Both the position numbers and the translations under genes were made by a program. DNA of 64,000 bases, taken from sequence record OZ196593.1. One strand, written 5' to 3'. Shown piece after piece: positions 1-11,068 of this stretch; the first letter of the stretch is position 1; each line of letters begins with the position of its first letter. Under the pieces are notes generated by a model. That model saw only the letters and a list, made by a program, of their open reading frames with translations, searched no databases and was not told where the DNA came from.

Positions 1-167
1 CAGCTATCAACGATAGAGGTAAGTCGCTTGCTAATAGCACTGTGCGTCGCGAGATCAGTCGATTGCTCGATGAATCATGCAACTGGGAACGCTGTGGCGT
101 TACTAAAACTGGTCGCAAACTCTATGAGCGAATCAAATCAACTGACCTAAGCGAGTTCACACAATGA
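1..167 (+). CDS. 3' end of hypothetical protein (partial)
   Basis: Open frame from base 3 (AINDRGKSLANSTVRREISRLL...EFTQ*); its TGA overlaps the ATG at 164. Confidence 0.6.
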   Translation, partial: AINDRGKSLANSTVRREISRLLDESCNWERCGVTKTGRKLYERIKSTDLSEFTQ

Positions 168-787
168 ATCCATACGATTTAGTACGCAAAATGCAAAAAG
201 TTGTCAACTCATGCACAACTGTTGAACAACTGCGCAATGCTCGTAAGTATCTGCTGCGTTGCTATGACTATGCTAACACGCTCGATGACTCTGGCGCGTT
301 CTTGACTGTGACTCTTGGTGCTGAAGAAATGGATGGCATCATTACTCAACGTCTGTGTGAACTGAGCGACACGCGTGGCATGTTAGCTGTTGATACTGGC
401 ATAATCAAACTCGGTCTTGATATTCATGGCGTGATCGATAAAGCACCTGAGCTGTTCACGCTTATCAGCAAACTACCAGTCGAAGTGCATATCATCACTG
501 GCATTAAAGAAGAGCTTGACGACCAAGTACCTGATGAGCTAGAATACGACAAGTGGTTCAGTATTCATCAACACTTAGAAGACAAAGGCGTTGTATTCTC
601 ATACGACGAGAAAGGCAGACCGTGGTGCAATCCCAAACTATGGGACGATGCTAAAGCAGAATACTGCAAAGAGCATAACATCACAATGCTTATCGATGAC
701 TCACCGAACTACGTTGACTCATTCGCTGCTCTTGATACTCTGTATCTTCAGCTTACCAATACTAAACGTGAAGATTGGAGAAAGTAA
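164..787 (+). CDS. HAD-superfamily hydrolase-like protein with N-terminal helical extension
   Basis: Motif I-like LGLDIHGVID and motif IV-like MLIDDSP. Confidence 0.55.
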   Translation: MNPYDLVRKMQKVVNSCTTVEQLRNARKYLLRCYDYANTLDDSGAFLTVTLGAEEMDGIITQRLCELSDTRGMLAVDTGIIKLGLDIHGVIDKAPELFTLISKLPVEVHIITGIKEELDDQVPDELEYDKWFSIHQHLEDKGVVFSYDEKGRPWCNPKLWDDAKAEYCKEHNITMLIDDSPNYVDSFAALDTLYLQLTNTKREDWRK

Positions 788-2754
788 TGCACACTCTCAA
801 CCCTGACTTTATTAAACGTGCGATTCAACAAGGCGAAGTGTTCAAACGCGTCGCTGAGATAATCGGTCAAGCGCGTCACGATCACTCGCAACTGCAAAAC
901 TGTGTGATACTTGATACACGCGTTGTCGTTGTGCTGTTCGTTGCAGGTCATACTAAACGTGAGTTCGTTACGTACGAAGAGATCAGCGACTACATTCACG
1001 AACACGATGTTCAATTCACATAGGCAATATCATGAACGTATCTCAATTACTTGACCAAGCAAGACAACTACAACTCATTGTTAAACGCATCGCGCTTGAT
1101 CGTCACGATGATGATATGCTCGTTGTCTCTACGTGTTGGACTGGCATCTACTACAAAGTAATGATGTGCAAGAAAGGTCGTGGCGCTAAACCATTTACTG
1201 AAATCATTCGCACGAGTGAACTCGAAGAACGTTTAGCTGAAATTAAACGCATCAAAGATGAACCACTATGACATTTGATCCTAAAATGAAATCAGCACGC
1301 ATCATGCAAGAGTATGAACAACTCAAAGATGCTGTGACTCAATGCATTGACTTGCGTGATGATGAGTCTGTAACTCACGTTGAATACTGTAGACAAAGCA
1401 ATGTGTTCACTGCTGTTGTCGCTACTGATATGTGGCTCGACAATATACAAGTCGATGGCATTACTGTTGAAACTAAATTGAGAGAAATCGATGAACGCAC
1501 ACGAAACAGTTAAACATTACCAACGCATCAAGCGAACAATCGTTACCATCATCGATGAGAACTTCAAAGGCAACTTCACTATCATGGATGCTTTCTATGA
1601 TGATGAACACAAGCATTGGGAAGTTAGCGTCTACGATAATGGCAAAACAGTTGAATACTTCATTACTTCTCATGAACTCGACTGCCGATTCGAATTCGAA
1701 GACATGAAACTGTCTGTTCCATTACCTGATGTGCTGTGCATGAACGACGACGTGCTCGATGAACTGAAGAAAAAACTATGGACGTAAAAGAAACTGTTCA
1801 ACGACACGCGTTCATCTTTAAGAAACTCGATGAACTGCTTGAACTAAACTCGTGTCAATACACTGACCTTGTAGTATGGGATGATGAACGCGAACTGTTC
1901 GAAGTGTGCATCGTCACTGAATCAGAGAATGGCACTGAATATGATGACGTTGAAGTAACGCTCATCACAATACAAAACTATATCGATAAGGAACTATCAT
2001 GAATAGCATGAGACTAGCACTACCAACTTACCTGCAACATCTAACTGTTGTTGAGAACTCTATCACTGTTGATTCTGCACGCGATAAAGCATTGCTTGTT
2101 GAATGGCTGAAGTCAGCGAAAGCTAAGTTCACTATTGAACAAACAACTATCTCTCGCGCTGTGTATCACGTTAAACGTATCGAGGTATAGCATGAGCCAT
2201 ACGATGAAAGCAATGCTGCACACGCTTGAACAAACTGAAATGGCTATTGCACAAGAGTTTGATCTCGATGAACTGTGGCACGGACTGATTGACTGCACTA
2301 ACGATAACTTTGTGTTCTCTATCTGTACCGATGACGTGAAAGATGTCGAACAAGTGCTTGAACAAATACGTGAAGTGAACTACCAGTTCGATACCATTGA
2401 TGACCTCAATGATGGCGATTGCTATGCCATTGAAGTATACGGCACTAGCGTATGGTTGAGCAAAGACAAACAGTATTGCTTAATCGTTGGCTCTCAAAAC
2501 AATCTCGACATGAACTTCTATCTGTTTGATATGAAGAACAATCGCAACAACGAATGGACTGACGAGTAATGCCGTACGCAATCATCTTGACTAATACTAA
2601 TGGCGAAACATGCGAAATCAAACCATTGGTTAACAACTCACTCAAATCTGAATATGGTCTTGAGTGCCGTAAGATTCAACAAAACGCTGCTCTACTCGCT
2701 AAACGAATAGAGAAATTCGACGACGTTGAATCATGTGTCGTTAAACACTATTAA
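787..2754 (+). other. Array of small hypothetical early CDS: 787-1023, 1032-1271, 1268-1513, 1491-1787, 1778-2002, 1999-2190, 2192-2569, 2569-2754
   Basis: Abutting or overlapping (ATGA-type) co-directional ORFs; no recognisable domains. Confidence 0.75.
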
Positions 2755-2779
2755 CTGAAGCGCAATCACAATAAAGTGG

Positions 2780-2808
2780 TTGCGCTTTTTTTTTGCAATC
2801 AGTATAAT
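2780..2808 (+). promoter_or_regulatory. sigma70-type early promoter
   Basis: TTGCGC-17 bp-TATAAT; leader ends GGAGAACATTATG (ATG 2846); TCACA half-site ends 9 bp upstream of the -35. Confidence 0.8.
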
Positions 2809-2845
2809 GAACACAAGAAACAAAAGAATCAAATCGGAGAACATT

Positions 2846-3886
2846 ATGACACTCATTATCTCATTCGTACTCGCTGTCATTACTATCATGACATTCGTTA
2901 GTGCTATTAAACGCTTCAGCTTCTTGCTGCTACTCCTAAGCGCAATCACTGGACTATGCTCGTACATAATGCTGTACGCTTCATTCATGTAAGGAACAAA
3001 CATGGCTATTCTAATCGCAGTGCTAATGGCTTTCTTTGCCATGATGCTGTTCATCAATCTCGTTACTGATTTCTTAACGCTATCAGATACACGATTCTTT
3101 GTAATAGCTCTAGCTATCGCAACTATCGTTAATGCCGCTCACCATATCATTACACATCTATACGGAGTACCACTATGATTGTACAATTGCAGAAACTCAT
3201 TGAAGAAAACAACAAGCACGAGAACTCTATCAATGGCAATATGCTGTTCGCTGAAGTAAACGCGATTCAAGCTCGTATCACTCTCAATAAAGTAGAGATA
3301 GAAGAACTGAGCAAGCAACTCTTTAAACAATTCGTGCAAGTCATTAAAAGAAACAAACACGAAGGCAAATACGATAGAGCTGCTAATCGTTACACTCAGT
3401 TCTGGAGCTTCATTGAACTAGACAATAAGTTTCTTACTGTTAATCTACGCTATGATGGCTATGATGAACCAGATACGTATGAAGATGTAAAGATACCATT
3501 ACTTGCATTAACCAACGAAGAGCAATTCGCTAAACAACAAATCATTACTCTTGCTCAACAACGTGTAGAATGGAGCATTAGCCATCTAGCTAGACTAGAG
3601 AAAGAAATCGTGACTGCGCGTGAACGTCTTGCTAAAGATAACGCTGAACTACAACAACTGGTGAACTCAAATGATTAAAGCTATCTGTAATGACATTACT
3701 TCTCCTCGTGTAGACGATAACACTAAATTACCAACTGGCATTACCGTCGGCTCTTGCTACTCAGTACACATGTACAACGATAACGCAGATAACAACAAAC
3801 GTCCTCCTATGATTCGTATCACGAACGACTTAGGACAACGCGCTTCGTATGCTGCTGAACGCTTTACACTGCTGCTGAACGAATAA
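2846..3886 (+). other. Small CDS: two membrane peptides (2846-2992, 3002-3178), coiled-coil protein (3175-3678), hypothetical (3671-3886)
   Basis: Hydrophobic two-helix ORFs followed by coupled ORFs. Confidence 0.7.
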
Positions 3887-4471
3887 ACAACGCAACTGTA
3901 CTCTAACAACACGCTCGTTCAATACAGAAGCTCTCAGAAGCTCTCAGAGCGTGTTACAGACGATATCAGATGTAATGCTTTTTCATATGACGCACCATGC
4001 CTCGTTATTATCAGCAAATGGTATGACGTGAGAGAATATCACTATGATGTGGGTATGAACGTGTGTCATAAGTGTTTGAATAATATCGCGTCGTACAGAA
4101 ATATGCAGTATAATGAGCTGCGAATTGTGTGTTGGTTAGATGATTGAGATAGAGTGACGAAAATTGGTGAAGTCTCACGCGGACACGTGTAGTCGAGAAC
4201 AGCCAAGAATGGTACACAATTTCGAAAAGGCTAAGCCATCCGCAGATGATTGACAGAAAAGATTTGACACGCTGCGGTTGGTTGTGTTAGCGTAGTCCAG
4301 TCCAATAACATAGAGAGAATGACAGATGATTACATTAAGTGTGTTTTACATAGCGCGAGACATGCCATATGGTGAGCGTCCCGAAGAGTTATATTGGGGT
4401 ACGGTGTTGATAGACGTATTGATGTTTCCAACCGCGTACTTTTTACTTGAATTATTGATGAGAACATAGAA
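3887..4471. other. 585-bp gene-free region with repeats and a GC-skew switch; candidate replication origin or control region
   Basis: No credible ORF; inverted repeat AACACGCTC (3908-3916)/GAGCGTGTT (3947-3955) encloses CAGAAGCTCT x2; top strand is C>G before about 4000 and G>C after. Confidence 0.4.
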
Positions 4472-5056
4472 ATGAAGCAGATACGTAGACAGAAAACGCA
4501 GCTTGATAAGCAAGCACTGGTGCAAGATGGTACAATGATCCAAGCATCGAACCATTACAACTCGTACACTGGTTACAAGATGACAATGCCGACAATCAAA
4601 GAGATTGAGGGTGGTACTTGTTTGGTAACAGATGAGAAGTATTTGAAGATATCGTTTGACTCGATGAATGGTTCAGTTGCACGCGGTGAACGAGATCATG
4701 TGCAAGTTAAAGCTCGATTGCAGTTGCCAGCCAAAGATTGGGCATGGTATAACTGTAAATGGGTTGGTGACCAGTTGAAATACTTGTACAAAGAGACAGA
4801 TTTCGTTGATGAAGAGAACGTATTTGTTGTTGGTGAGTTGATTGACGTACGCGCCATTGGTGATTTCGTTGATGAAGACGAAGTATTAGAGGGTACAGTC
4901 GTAGCAGTGAACGATACACAGATGGCGGTAGAAGTAAACGGCTTGTTTGTTGTATTCGCTCCGAACGAGTTAGCCAGTACAGAGTCGGTCAGTTCTTGCA
5001 GTGAGTTTGTCATTGATGGTCATTACTTTGCCACTACAGATGATGAGCGCGAGTAA
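4472..5056 (+). CDS. Hypothetical protein with C-terminal SH3-like beta segment
   Basis: 194 aa; VVGELIDV...EGTVVAVND resembles the segment in 7016-7528. Confidence 0.65.
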   Translation: MKQIRRQKTQLDKQALVQDGTMIQASNHYNSYTGYKMTMPTIKEIEGGTCLVTDEKYLKISFDSMNGSVARGERDHVQVKARLQLPAKDWAWYNCKWVGDQLKYLYKETDFVDEENVFVVGELIDVRAIGDFVDEDEVLEGTVVAVNDTQMAVEVNGLFVVFAPNELASTESVSSCSEFVIDGHYFATTDDERE

Positions 5057-5083
5057 AAACGATTAATTTCAATTATTTTCGGT

Positions 5084-5120
5084 AAAGGGGTTGACGATTG
5101 TCAGCCCTTTTTGCTATATT
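5084..5120 (+). promoter_or_regulatory. Terminator hairpin fused with early promoter
   Basis: AAAGGGGTTGAC-GATT-GTCAGCCCTTTTT contains the -35 TTGACG (5091); TATATT at 5115; leader AGCTCTATCGAAACG...GAGAGCACATTATG. Confidence 0.8.
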
Positions 5121-5151
5121 AGCTCTATCGAAACGAACAAGAGAGCACATT

Positions 5152-5424
5152 ATGACTTCAACTAAGCTGATTACACGTAGCAAAATCAATCACGATTCAC
5201 TTTGGGTAAAGATTCTTACGTCTGATAAGAGTGAAGTCAAGCTGTTCATTGGTCGTAGTGGTGTGCGTATTACGCGTAAATCTACGCCTGTCAATGCTGA
5301 ACTTATGCGTACAATTGGTGAGAACATGACTACCATGTTCCAAGACTTGTACAAAAGCGGCTCTTCATATGGTGAAATCATCAACAAGATTGAAGCTGAG
5401 TACAAGAAAATCCACCAGCTATAG
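5152..5424 (+). CDS. Hypothetical early protein
   Basis: ATG directly after the conserved leader; MTSTKLITRSKI... Confidence 0.75.
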   Translation: MTSTKLITRSKINHDSLWVKILTSDKSEVKLFIGRSGVRITRKSTPVNAELMRTIGENMTTMFQDLYKSGSSYGEIINKIEAEYKKIHQL

Positions 5425-5516
5425 TCACAAAAAGCGTATAATTAGTCACTTGTATTCGTATTTTCCCGGGAATTTGCGAACAAGAGTGCATTTTCAGTCA
5501 AAAAAGTGAGTAAAAT

Positions 5517-5900
5517 ATGACTATTTTAGAATTGTTCCAAGAGAAAGCACGTATGTTGTTAGACGACGCGGTGTTTATTCGTAACCCTGATTGCTATAGC
5601 TGTCAGAATTTAGAAGTACACGTGCGTGAAGTTGCGGGTTCGTATTGTGGTGTTCATGATGAGCTGTCTCGTTTACAGACGGGGTTCAAAGAAATGCTTC
5701 GCGCCGATCCGATGGCAGTAATTGGTTTTGAGCTTGCAGAGCCATCTTTGAAGCGTTTAGCAAGTGGTAATTGCACTGCGTTCGTTCATGTTGTATGCTA
5801 CGATGAGAACGAAAACATGTACGAAGACGAAGAACTAGCTGCGCGATTCATTGCTGCACGTACAGCATGGTTACAATTCATTATTGACAAAGAGGTTTAA
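5517..5900 (+). CDS. Tandem paralogue 1 (CTAFVH..CY...AWLQFII family)
   Basis: Shares LF/YFQ..A..LL.D, GFEL, CTAFVH and AWLQFII motifs with the next two genes. Confidence 0.85.
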   Translation: MTILELFQEKARMLLDDAVFIRNPDCYSCQNLEVHVREVAGSYCGVHDELSRLQTGFKEMLRADPMAVIGFELAEPSLKRLASGNCTAFVHVVCYDENENMYEDEELAARFIAARTAWLQFIIDKEV

Positions 5901-5901
5901 C

Positions 5902-6282
5902 ATGACCATTCTAGCTTATTTCCAAGAGAAAGCAATTCAACTTCTAGAAGACGAGTCTTTTCTTGGTAATCCGAACGAGTACACTTGCCATGATATGATG
6001 GCTCATGTGCCACGTTTGTATGACTCGCGTGACATTAGCAAAGAGATTGAATGCCTGCAAGAGCTATTCAAAGCTAAATTGCTTGCTGATTCGATGTCAT
6101 TGACGGGGTATGAGCTGTCGCGTACGTCTCGAAACATCATGACTGATTCGCTTTGTACTGCGTTTGTGCATGACGCGTGCTACTCTGAAGAGGGTGGCAA
6201 ATACGTTTCCGAGCAATACGACGCGGTATTTACTGCTACTCGTAAAGCATGGTTACAATTCATTATTGAGCAAGAGGCTTAA
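5902..6282 (+). CDS. Tandem paralogue 2
   Basis: MTILAYFQEKA...CTAFVHDACY...KAWLQFIIEQEA. Confidence 0.85.
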   Translation: MTILAYFQEKAIQLLEDESFLGNPNEYTCHDMMAHVPRLYDSRDISKEIECLQELFKAKLLADSMSLTGYELSRTSRNIMTDSLCTAFVHDACYSEEGGKYVSEQYDAVFTATRKAWLQFIIEQEA

Positions 6283-6283
6283 C

Positions 6284-6679
6284 ATGAACATTCTCAAATT
6301 GTTCCAAGCACACGCGGCTGAATTGCTACAAGATGACGACTTTCTACAGAACAGAAACATGTACAGTTGCACTCAGATGTCCACCAATGCGACTATGAAA
6401 GCAATGGAAAGTGGTAAGGTCTATTCTAGTGTGTCTGATGAAATTGAATCATTGCAAACTGAATTCAGAAAACTTTTGCGAGAAGACGCGAAATCTGTGC
6501 TTGGATTTGAGCTTCCGCCACGCGTACTTGAAGATCTAGAGAGCCCTTATTGTACTGCGTTCGTACATACTGCTTGTTACGATGAGCATGACGAAGAATA
6601 CACTGGTGATGAATACACACAACGATTTGTAGCAGCCCGTAAAGCATGGTTACAATTCATTATTGACAAAGAGGTTTAA
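6284..6679 (+). CDS. Tandem paralogue 3
   Basis: MNILKLFQAHA...CTAFVHTACY...KAWLQFIIDKEV. Confidence 0.85.
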   Translation: MNILKLFQAHAAELLQDDDFLQNRNMYSCTQMSTNATMKAMESGKVYSSVSDEIESLQTEFRKLLREDAKSVLGFELPPRVLEDLESPYCTAFVHTACYDEHDEEYTGDEYTQRFVAARKAWLQFIIDKEV

Positions 6680-6680
6680 C

Positions 6681-9600
6681 ATGACATTACACGAGCTATT
6701 TCAGATTTCAGAAGACCATCCGTATTACTGTGCGACTTCGAACTTTTACAGTAACGACGCGACTGGTCATCACGCCACCATGACTGACTTCTTAGATGAG
6801 TTTGAAGACGCCGACGTTGACATGAATTACGTGTTTCGTTGGGACATTGATTTTCACGATGGTTCTTATTCTGCTGAAGTGCATATGATTGCGCAGCGTA
6901 AAGGTATTTTCATGCCGCAGATCATTGAACGTATTGAAGAGCACGAAGTCGAGCGATTCTTAGATTACTTGAAACGCCACAAAGACGTTGGCGACTTACT
7001 ATGGAGCGGCATCTAATGCAGATCATCAAAACAGAAGAAACTAAAGAGCGCAAGAAAGTATCGGCTTATACTGGTCAAGTCGCCGAGCTGATTACACGTG
7101 ACTCGCGCATCTACGGTACATTGCACTCAATCGAAGGCACTAATCGATTCGTTCTAATCACCGTAGATGGTACTGAAGTACACCCAATTCAACTAGGGCT
7201 TAATATCACGCCATCGTATCAACTATTCGATGAGCAAGGTAACGCGTTTGATTATCACAACGGTCGCCTTATCACGCTTGGTGAAGAAACGACTGTAACG
7301 ACGACCAAGCAAGTTGATATTGTCGTTGGTGATAAGATTACAATGGCGAAGAAGCGTTCAGACCAAGAAGTCGTTGGTACTGTTGTTGCTGTAGACGCCA
7401 TGCATCTAGTCATTGCTGATGGTACAGATTGGTACTTGTTCAATTGCGGCAATGCGAGAGCACAAGCCAATCTTGAGAGCGAATGCAGCTTTATGTACAT
7501 CCCTGGCAAATTGACGGCTAATACATGAGCTGGTGGGCATTGCCTCTAGCATACTTCGTGATTGCTGCTTTGTATTACTTGTTCTGTGTAACACACGACT
7601 ACGTGCTTTACATATGGAAAGGTGTACTTGACAATAAAGCACCAATCACCAGTCTTACTACGCATAAAATTTATGCATTGGTGAGTTTATTATGGCTCCC
7701 AATGCTGATATTCTTAACGTACTGTCATTTCAACAACAAGAGAAAAACATGAAAGACTATAATCAAGTTCTATTGAACGTGAACTACACTAGCGGCACTC
7801 GTGTTGCATTCTGGGTTCATAGCTTTACGTACGAACGTTCTATGAGCCAATCGAACATTACGTGGGATTCTAGCGGGTTTACGCCAGTCACTAATGACGC
7901 TGTAACTCGTGAAGATTTATCACTTGCGGGCATCATTTATGCAGTACGCCCGTTGAAACTAGCGATGGACTTTGATACAATCGAATCAGTGTTCGTTCTT
8001 TCTGAATACGAAGGCGAAGATGGAGATAAACCAGATGACGCTGAATAAAATCTACGAAGGCGTTCTAATCGTCTTCGGCTTAATCGGGGCTGTAATACTG
8101 GCTATTGTCGGCATTGTATGGAGCATTATCGAGTTCTGCATTGGCATTGCGCTAATGATCTTGACTGCGATGTTCGGTGCTCTATGTGCTCTAGTCGGTA
8201 TTGTCATTGCTTGCGTCATTTACCCATTCGCTAAGATTGGTGAATATTTTGGAACTGATAAATCTAATTCCGACAAGTAAGCGTATATGGCCAGTTCTAG
8301 ACATGTGTCGTTGTGACACGTGTCTTACTGAAATGCATACGTCGAAAGCGATAGACGATCATGGTCATCATGACGGGTGGGAAATGCCCCCTTATACGAT
8401 GTACATGTGTCCGTTATGCACTGACGGTTATATGGAAGATTTCTGGCCAAGTCATGAGTCTTACATGAACTGGCGTACTGAAACAGAGCTATCGCCAGAA
8501 GAATTCAAACGACTTTACTATGGAGATTGGCAATGCGAGACGTAACATATATCGTACGACCAGTATTATTCGGGTTATTCTGGAAAGTGGTTTTACACGC
8601 GAACAGCTATGACCGACGCACAATGAGCTTTCATTTATCGCATTATGCAGCTTCAAGCGCAGCCGTAACGTATAGGAATAGCTAATGACCGACAAAATGC
8701 AGCTAGTGTTATCTCAAATTCGCAATGGTGATATGACGGTTATTATGCATATCAATGCTGCGGGTGATAAGTGCTTTACTTCATTGCTCGACAATACGCC
8801 AACCTTGTATTTGACATTGACTTGTCGCGCTTTACTGAAAGCGGGCTTAATACAACCAACACAGACTGAATACGGTCTGATGATGAAATAGGAACTCATA
8901 TGCAAATCGGAGACAAGGTGATTGTTGTAGCAGCACCTGCTAGTAACTATCATATCATCAATGGCGAAGAAGTAACGATCATCAATATGTTCATGTACAA
9001 AGACAAAGCGGTCTTTACTTTCATTCATAAAGACATCGGCTATGGCGCGATGCAAGCTCACGGATTCAAGGTGAAATAATGTTCTATCGATTCTGGGAAA
9101 CAGACGACGGCGATATGCTAGTTGAAATGCTCGACGACTTGTGCGACGAGGTTGGTACTAAAGCGTATATGACAGACATGAACGAAGTCTACCGTACTGA
9201 GAGCGGTCGCCATATGCTATTGCAACATGTTCACAATTGGGGTACAGTCGATTTCCAAGATTGGGATATTCGTACTTTACGCGGTCTTGGCAGCTCTATT
9301 GAAATGCCGAGTTTAACGCTGTCTCCAAGCGACAAAAGCGTGCTTGAACGTACGGTGAAGAAAGAAGGGCTTGACTATGCTATGCTGCACTACAGCAAGT
9401 ATGACGGTGACGTTGGTTTCAACAAAGTCGATTCCAACGAGTTTCACGGTCTGAGAAACGCCTTTGTCGATGCTCGTCAACAACTACAATCGTGGTTAGC
9501 ACTGAACGGGATCACTGAATGAACGTAGAAACAATTGACAGAGAGCTATCGATCATACGCAAGCGCATATTTGCACTACGTAATGCCGAGCGCGTTCTCT

Positions 9601-11046
9601 ATTCTGAACGTCGAAAAGCAATCTCTGGCGAACCACCTGTTCTACGTACTGGTGATTTACGTTACCGTAGTCGTGACGGTCATAGTGGCGTTCAAGATTA
9701 TGAGAACAATATGTTCTATCGTTTCTTCAACGAATGGGTTTACAATGACATTTTCATTGTGCCAGTTGCTGGTGGACAGAAGTTCATGCGTTGTCGAGTA
9801 GAGCGCCATGCATATGACGGTTATGTTGATCTCATCAAAATAGGAATGTGTGAATGAGTGAAATGGAATACAACAAGGGTACGTTACGCCCCGTAACAGA
9901 TGAACAGTTACAAAAGTTAGACATAGACTTGCCGATTTATTACGACAACATCTACCAATACTTGAAAGAAGACGGTGCTGAATGGGGCATTCATTTCTTA
10001 AACGGTCGTTTCTACGAAGTGAACTATGAAGCCGAGTCTGAAGAACTCACTCATATCGCACGTGCTACAGAAGAGCCGAATGGTGACATTCAGTTTGAGA
10101 CGTATCACTATAACGGTGGTGGTCATTGGACAGAGGTCGTTGAGAAAGCACTTAAAGGTGATATGTAATGAAATCATACGCAGTCAAATTCAAAAGCGGT
10201 GGTTATGTTCACGAGAACTGGGACTATCAGATTGGTAGTCTTAGATACGAGGGCAATCACACCGATGACATTAATAAAGCAAAGCTTTGGAAGAAGCTAG
10301 GCATGGTACAGAACTTCATGCGCAATAACGGTCGTTTTTATTCGTCTCGTGGTGAATACGTGATTGTGGTGATTGAACAAGTGCGCGTAGAAATGGGAGC
10401 TATGGGATGAACACAGAAGTCCATGAGTGGATTGATGAGTTGAACGCGTTGTACAAGCGTGGTAGAGCAGATGATTATCAGTTTGTACAAGCCGATGCTA
10501 CATTGCACCAAGAGCTTTACTACAAGATTGTAGCAGCGGCAGTAGCTGAATCGTTCCCGATGACAATGGTACAGACTGAGAAGCTAGATCGTTACAACAT
10601 TCTAGTTGATGTGTATAGTCGTGCCGGTCCGCAGCCATATTCGGCTGATAATGAAGTCACTAAAGCGCAACACGATCTTATGCGTTCACTTGGTGTAGAT
10701 ACACGCGGTTAGGAGCAATCAAATGAGAATAGTTAAGCTCGAAGAGCAGATGAAAGAACTCCAAGCGGAGATTGACAAAGAGCGCAGTAAGTGTGCTCAT
10801 ACGCGAGTAACTTACAAGATGACCGCCTCTGATGGTGATCCGTATAGTCGTGACACGTATTACAATACGGTGCGTTGTATCGACTGTAAAACTGTGCATC
10901 GTTTTTGTTCAGACGATGATATCACGAACTATCATATGCGTGGTGAGATTGGTAGTGCGTATGCTATTGAAGAAAGCAAGTACAAGGTTTATCTTGAAGT
11001 CTTAGCGAAGATCGATGGTACGCCAGTTCCGCCTTACCCGTACTAA
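6681..11046 (+). other. Array of small hypothetical CDS: 6681-7016, 7016-7528, 7525-7752 (TM), 7749-8048, 8035-8280 (TM), 8303-8545, 8533-8685, 8685-8891, 8900-9079, 9079-9522, 9519-9857, 9854-10168, 10168-10410, 10407-10712, 10723-11046
   Basis: Continuous coupled plus-strand ORFs; some not in the supplied track and read by eye. Confidence 0.75.
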
Positions 11047-11049
11047 ATA
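11042..11049 (+). promoter_or_regulatory. Possible T4-type late promoter variant
   Basis: ACTAAATA (TAAATA core of TATAAATA), 20 nt before ATG 11069. Confidence 0.4.
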
Positions 11050-11068
11050 CATTTCTTTGGGGTATACA

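Larger units (their letters stand above)
5864..6685 (+). repeat. Three 43-bp direct repeats spanning gene junctions (5864-5906, 6246-6288, 6643-6685)
   Basis: AGCATGGTTACAATTCATTATTGACAAAGAGGTTTAACATGAC; copies 1 and 3 identical, copy 2 has 4 mismatches. Confidence 0.95.

Noticed and set aside
3887-4471. tRNA or rRNA genes in the long intergenic gap
   Set aside because: No cloverleaf, no GTTCRA T-loop with matching stems, no CCA end seen
5864-6685. 43-bp direct repeats as a CRISPR array
   Set aside because: Only three copies, separated by about 340-355 bp of paralogous coding sequence; they encode C-termini plus RBS
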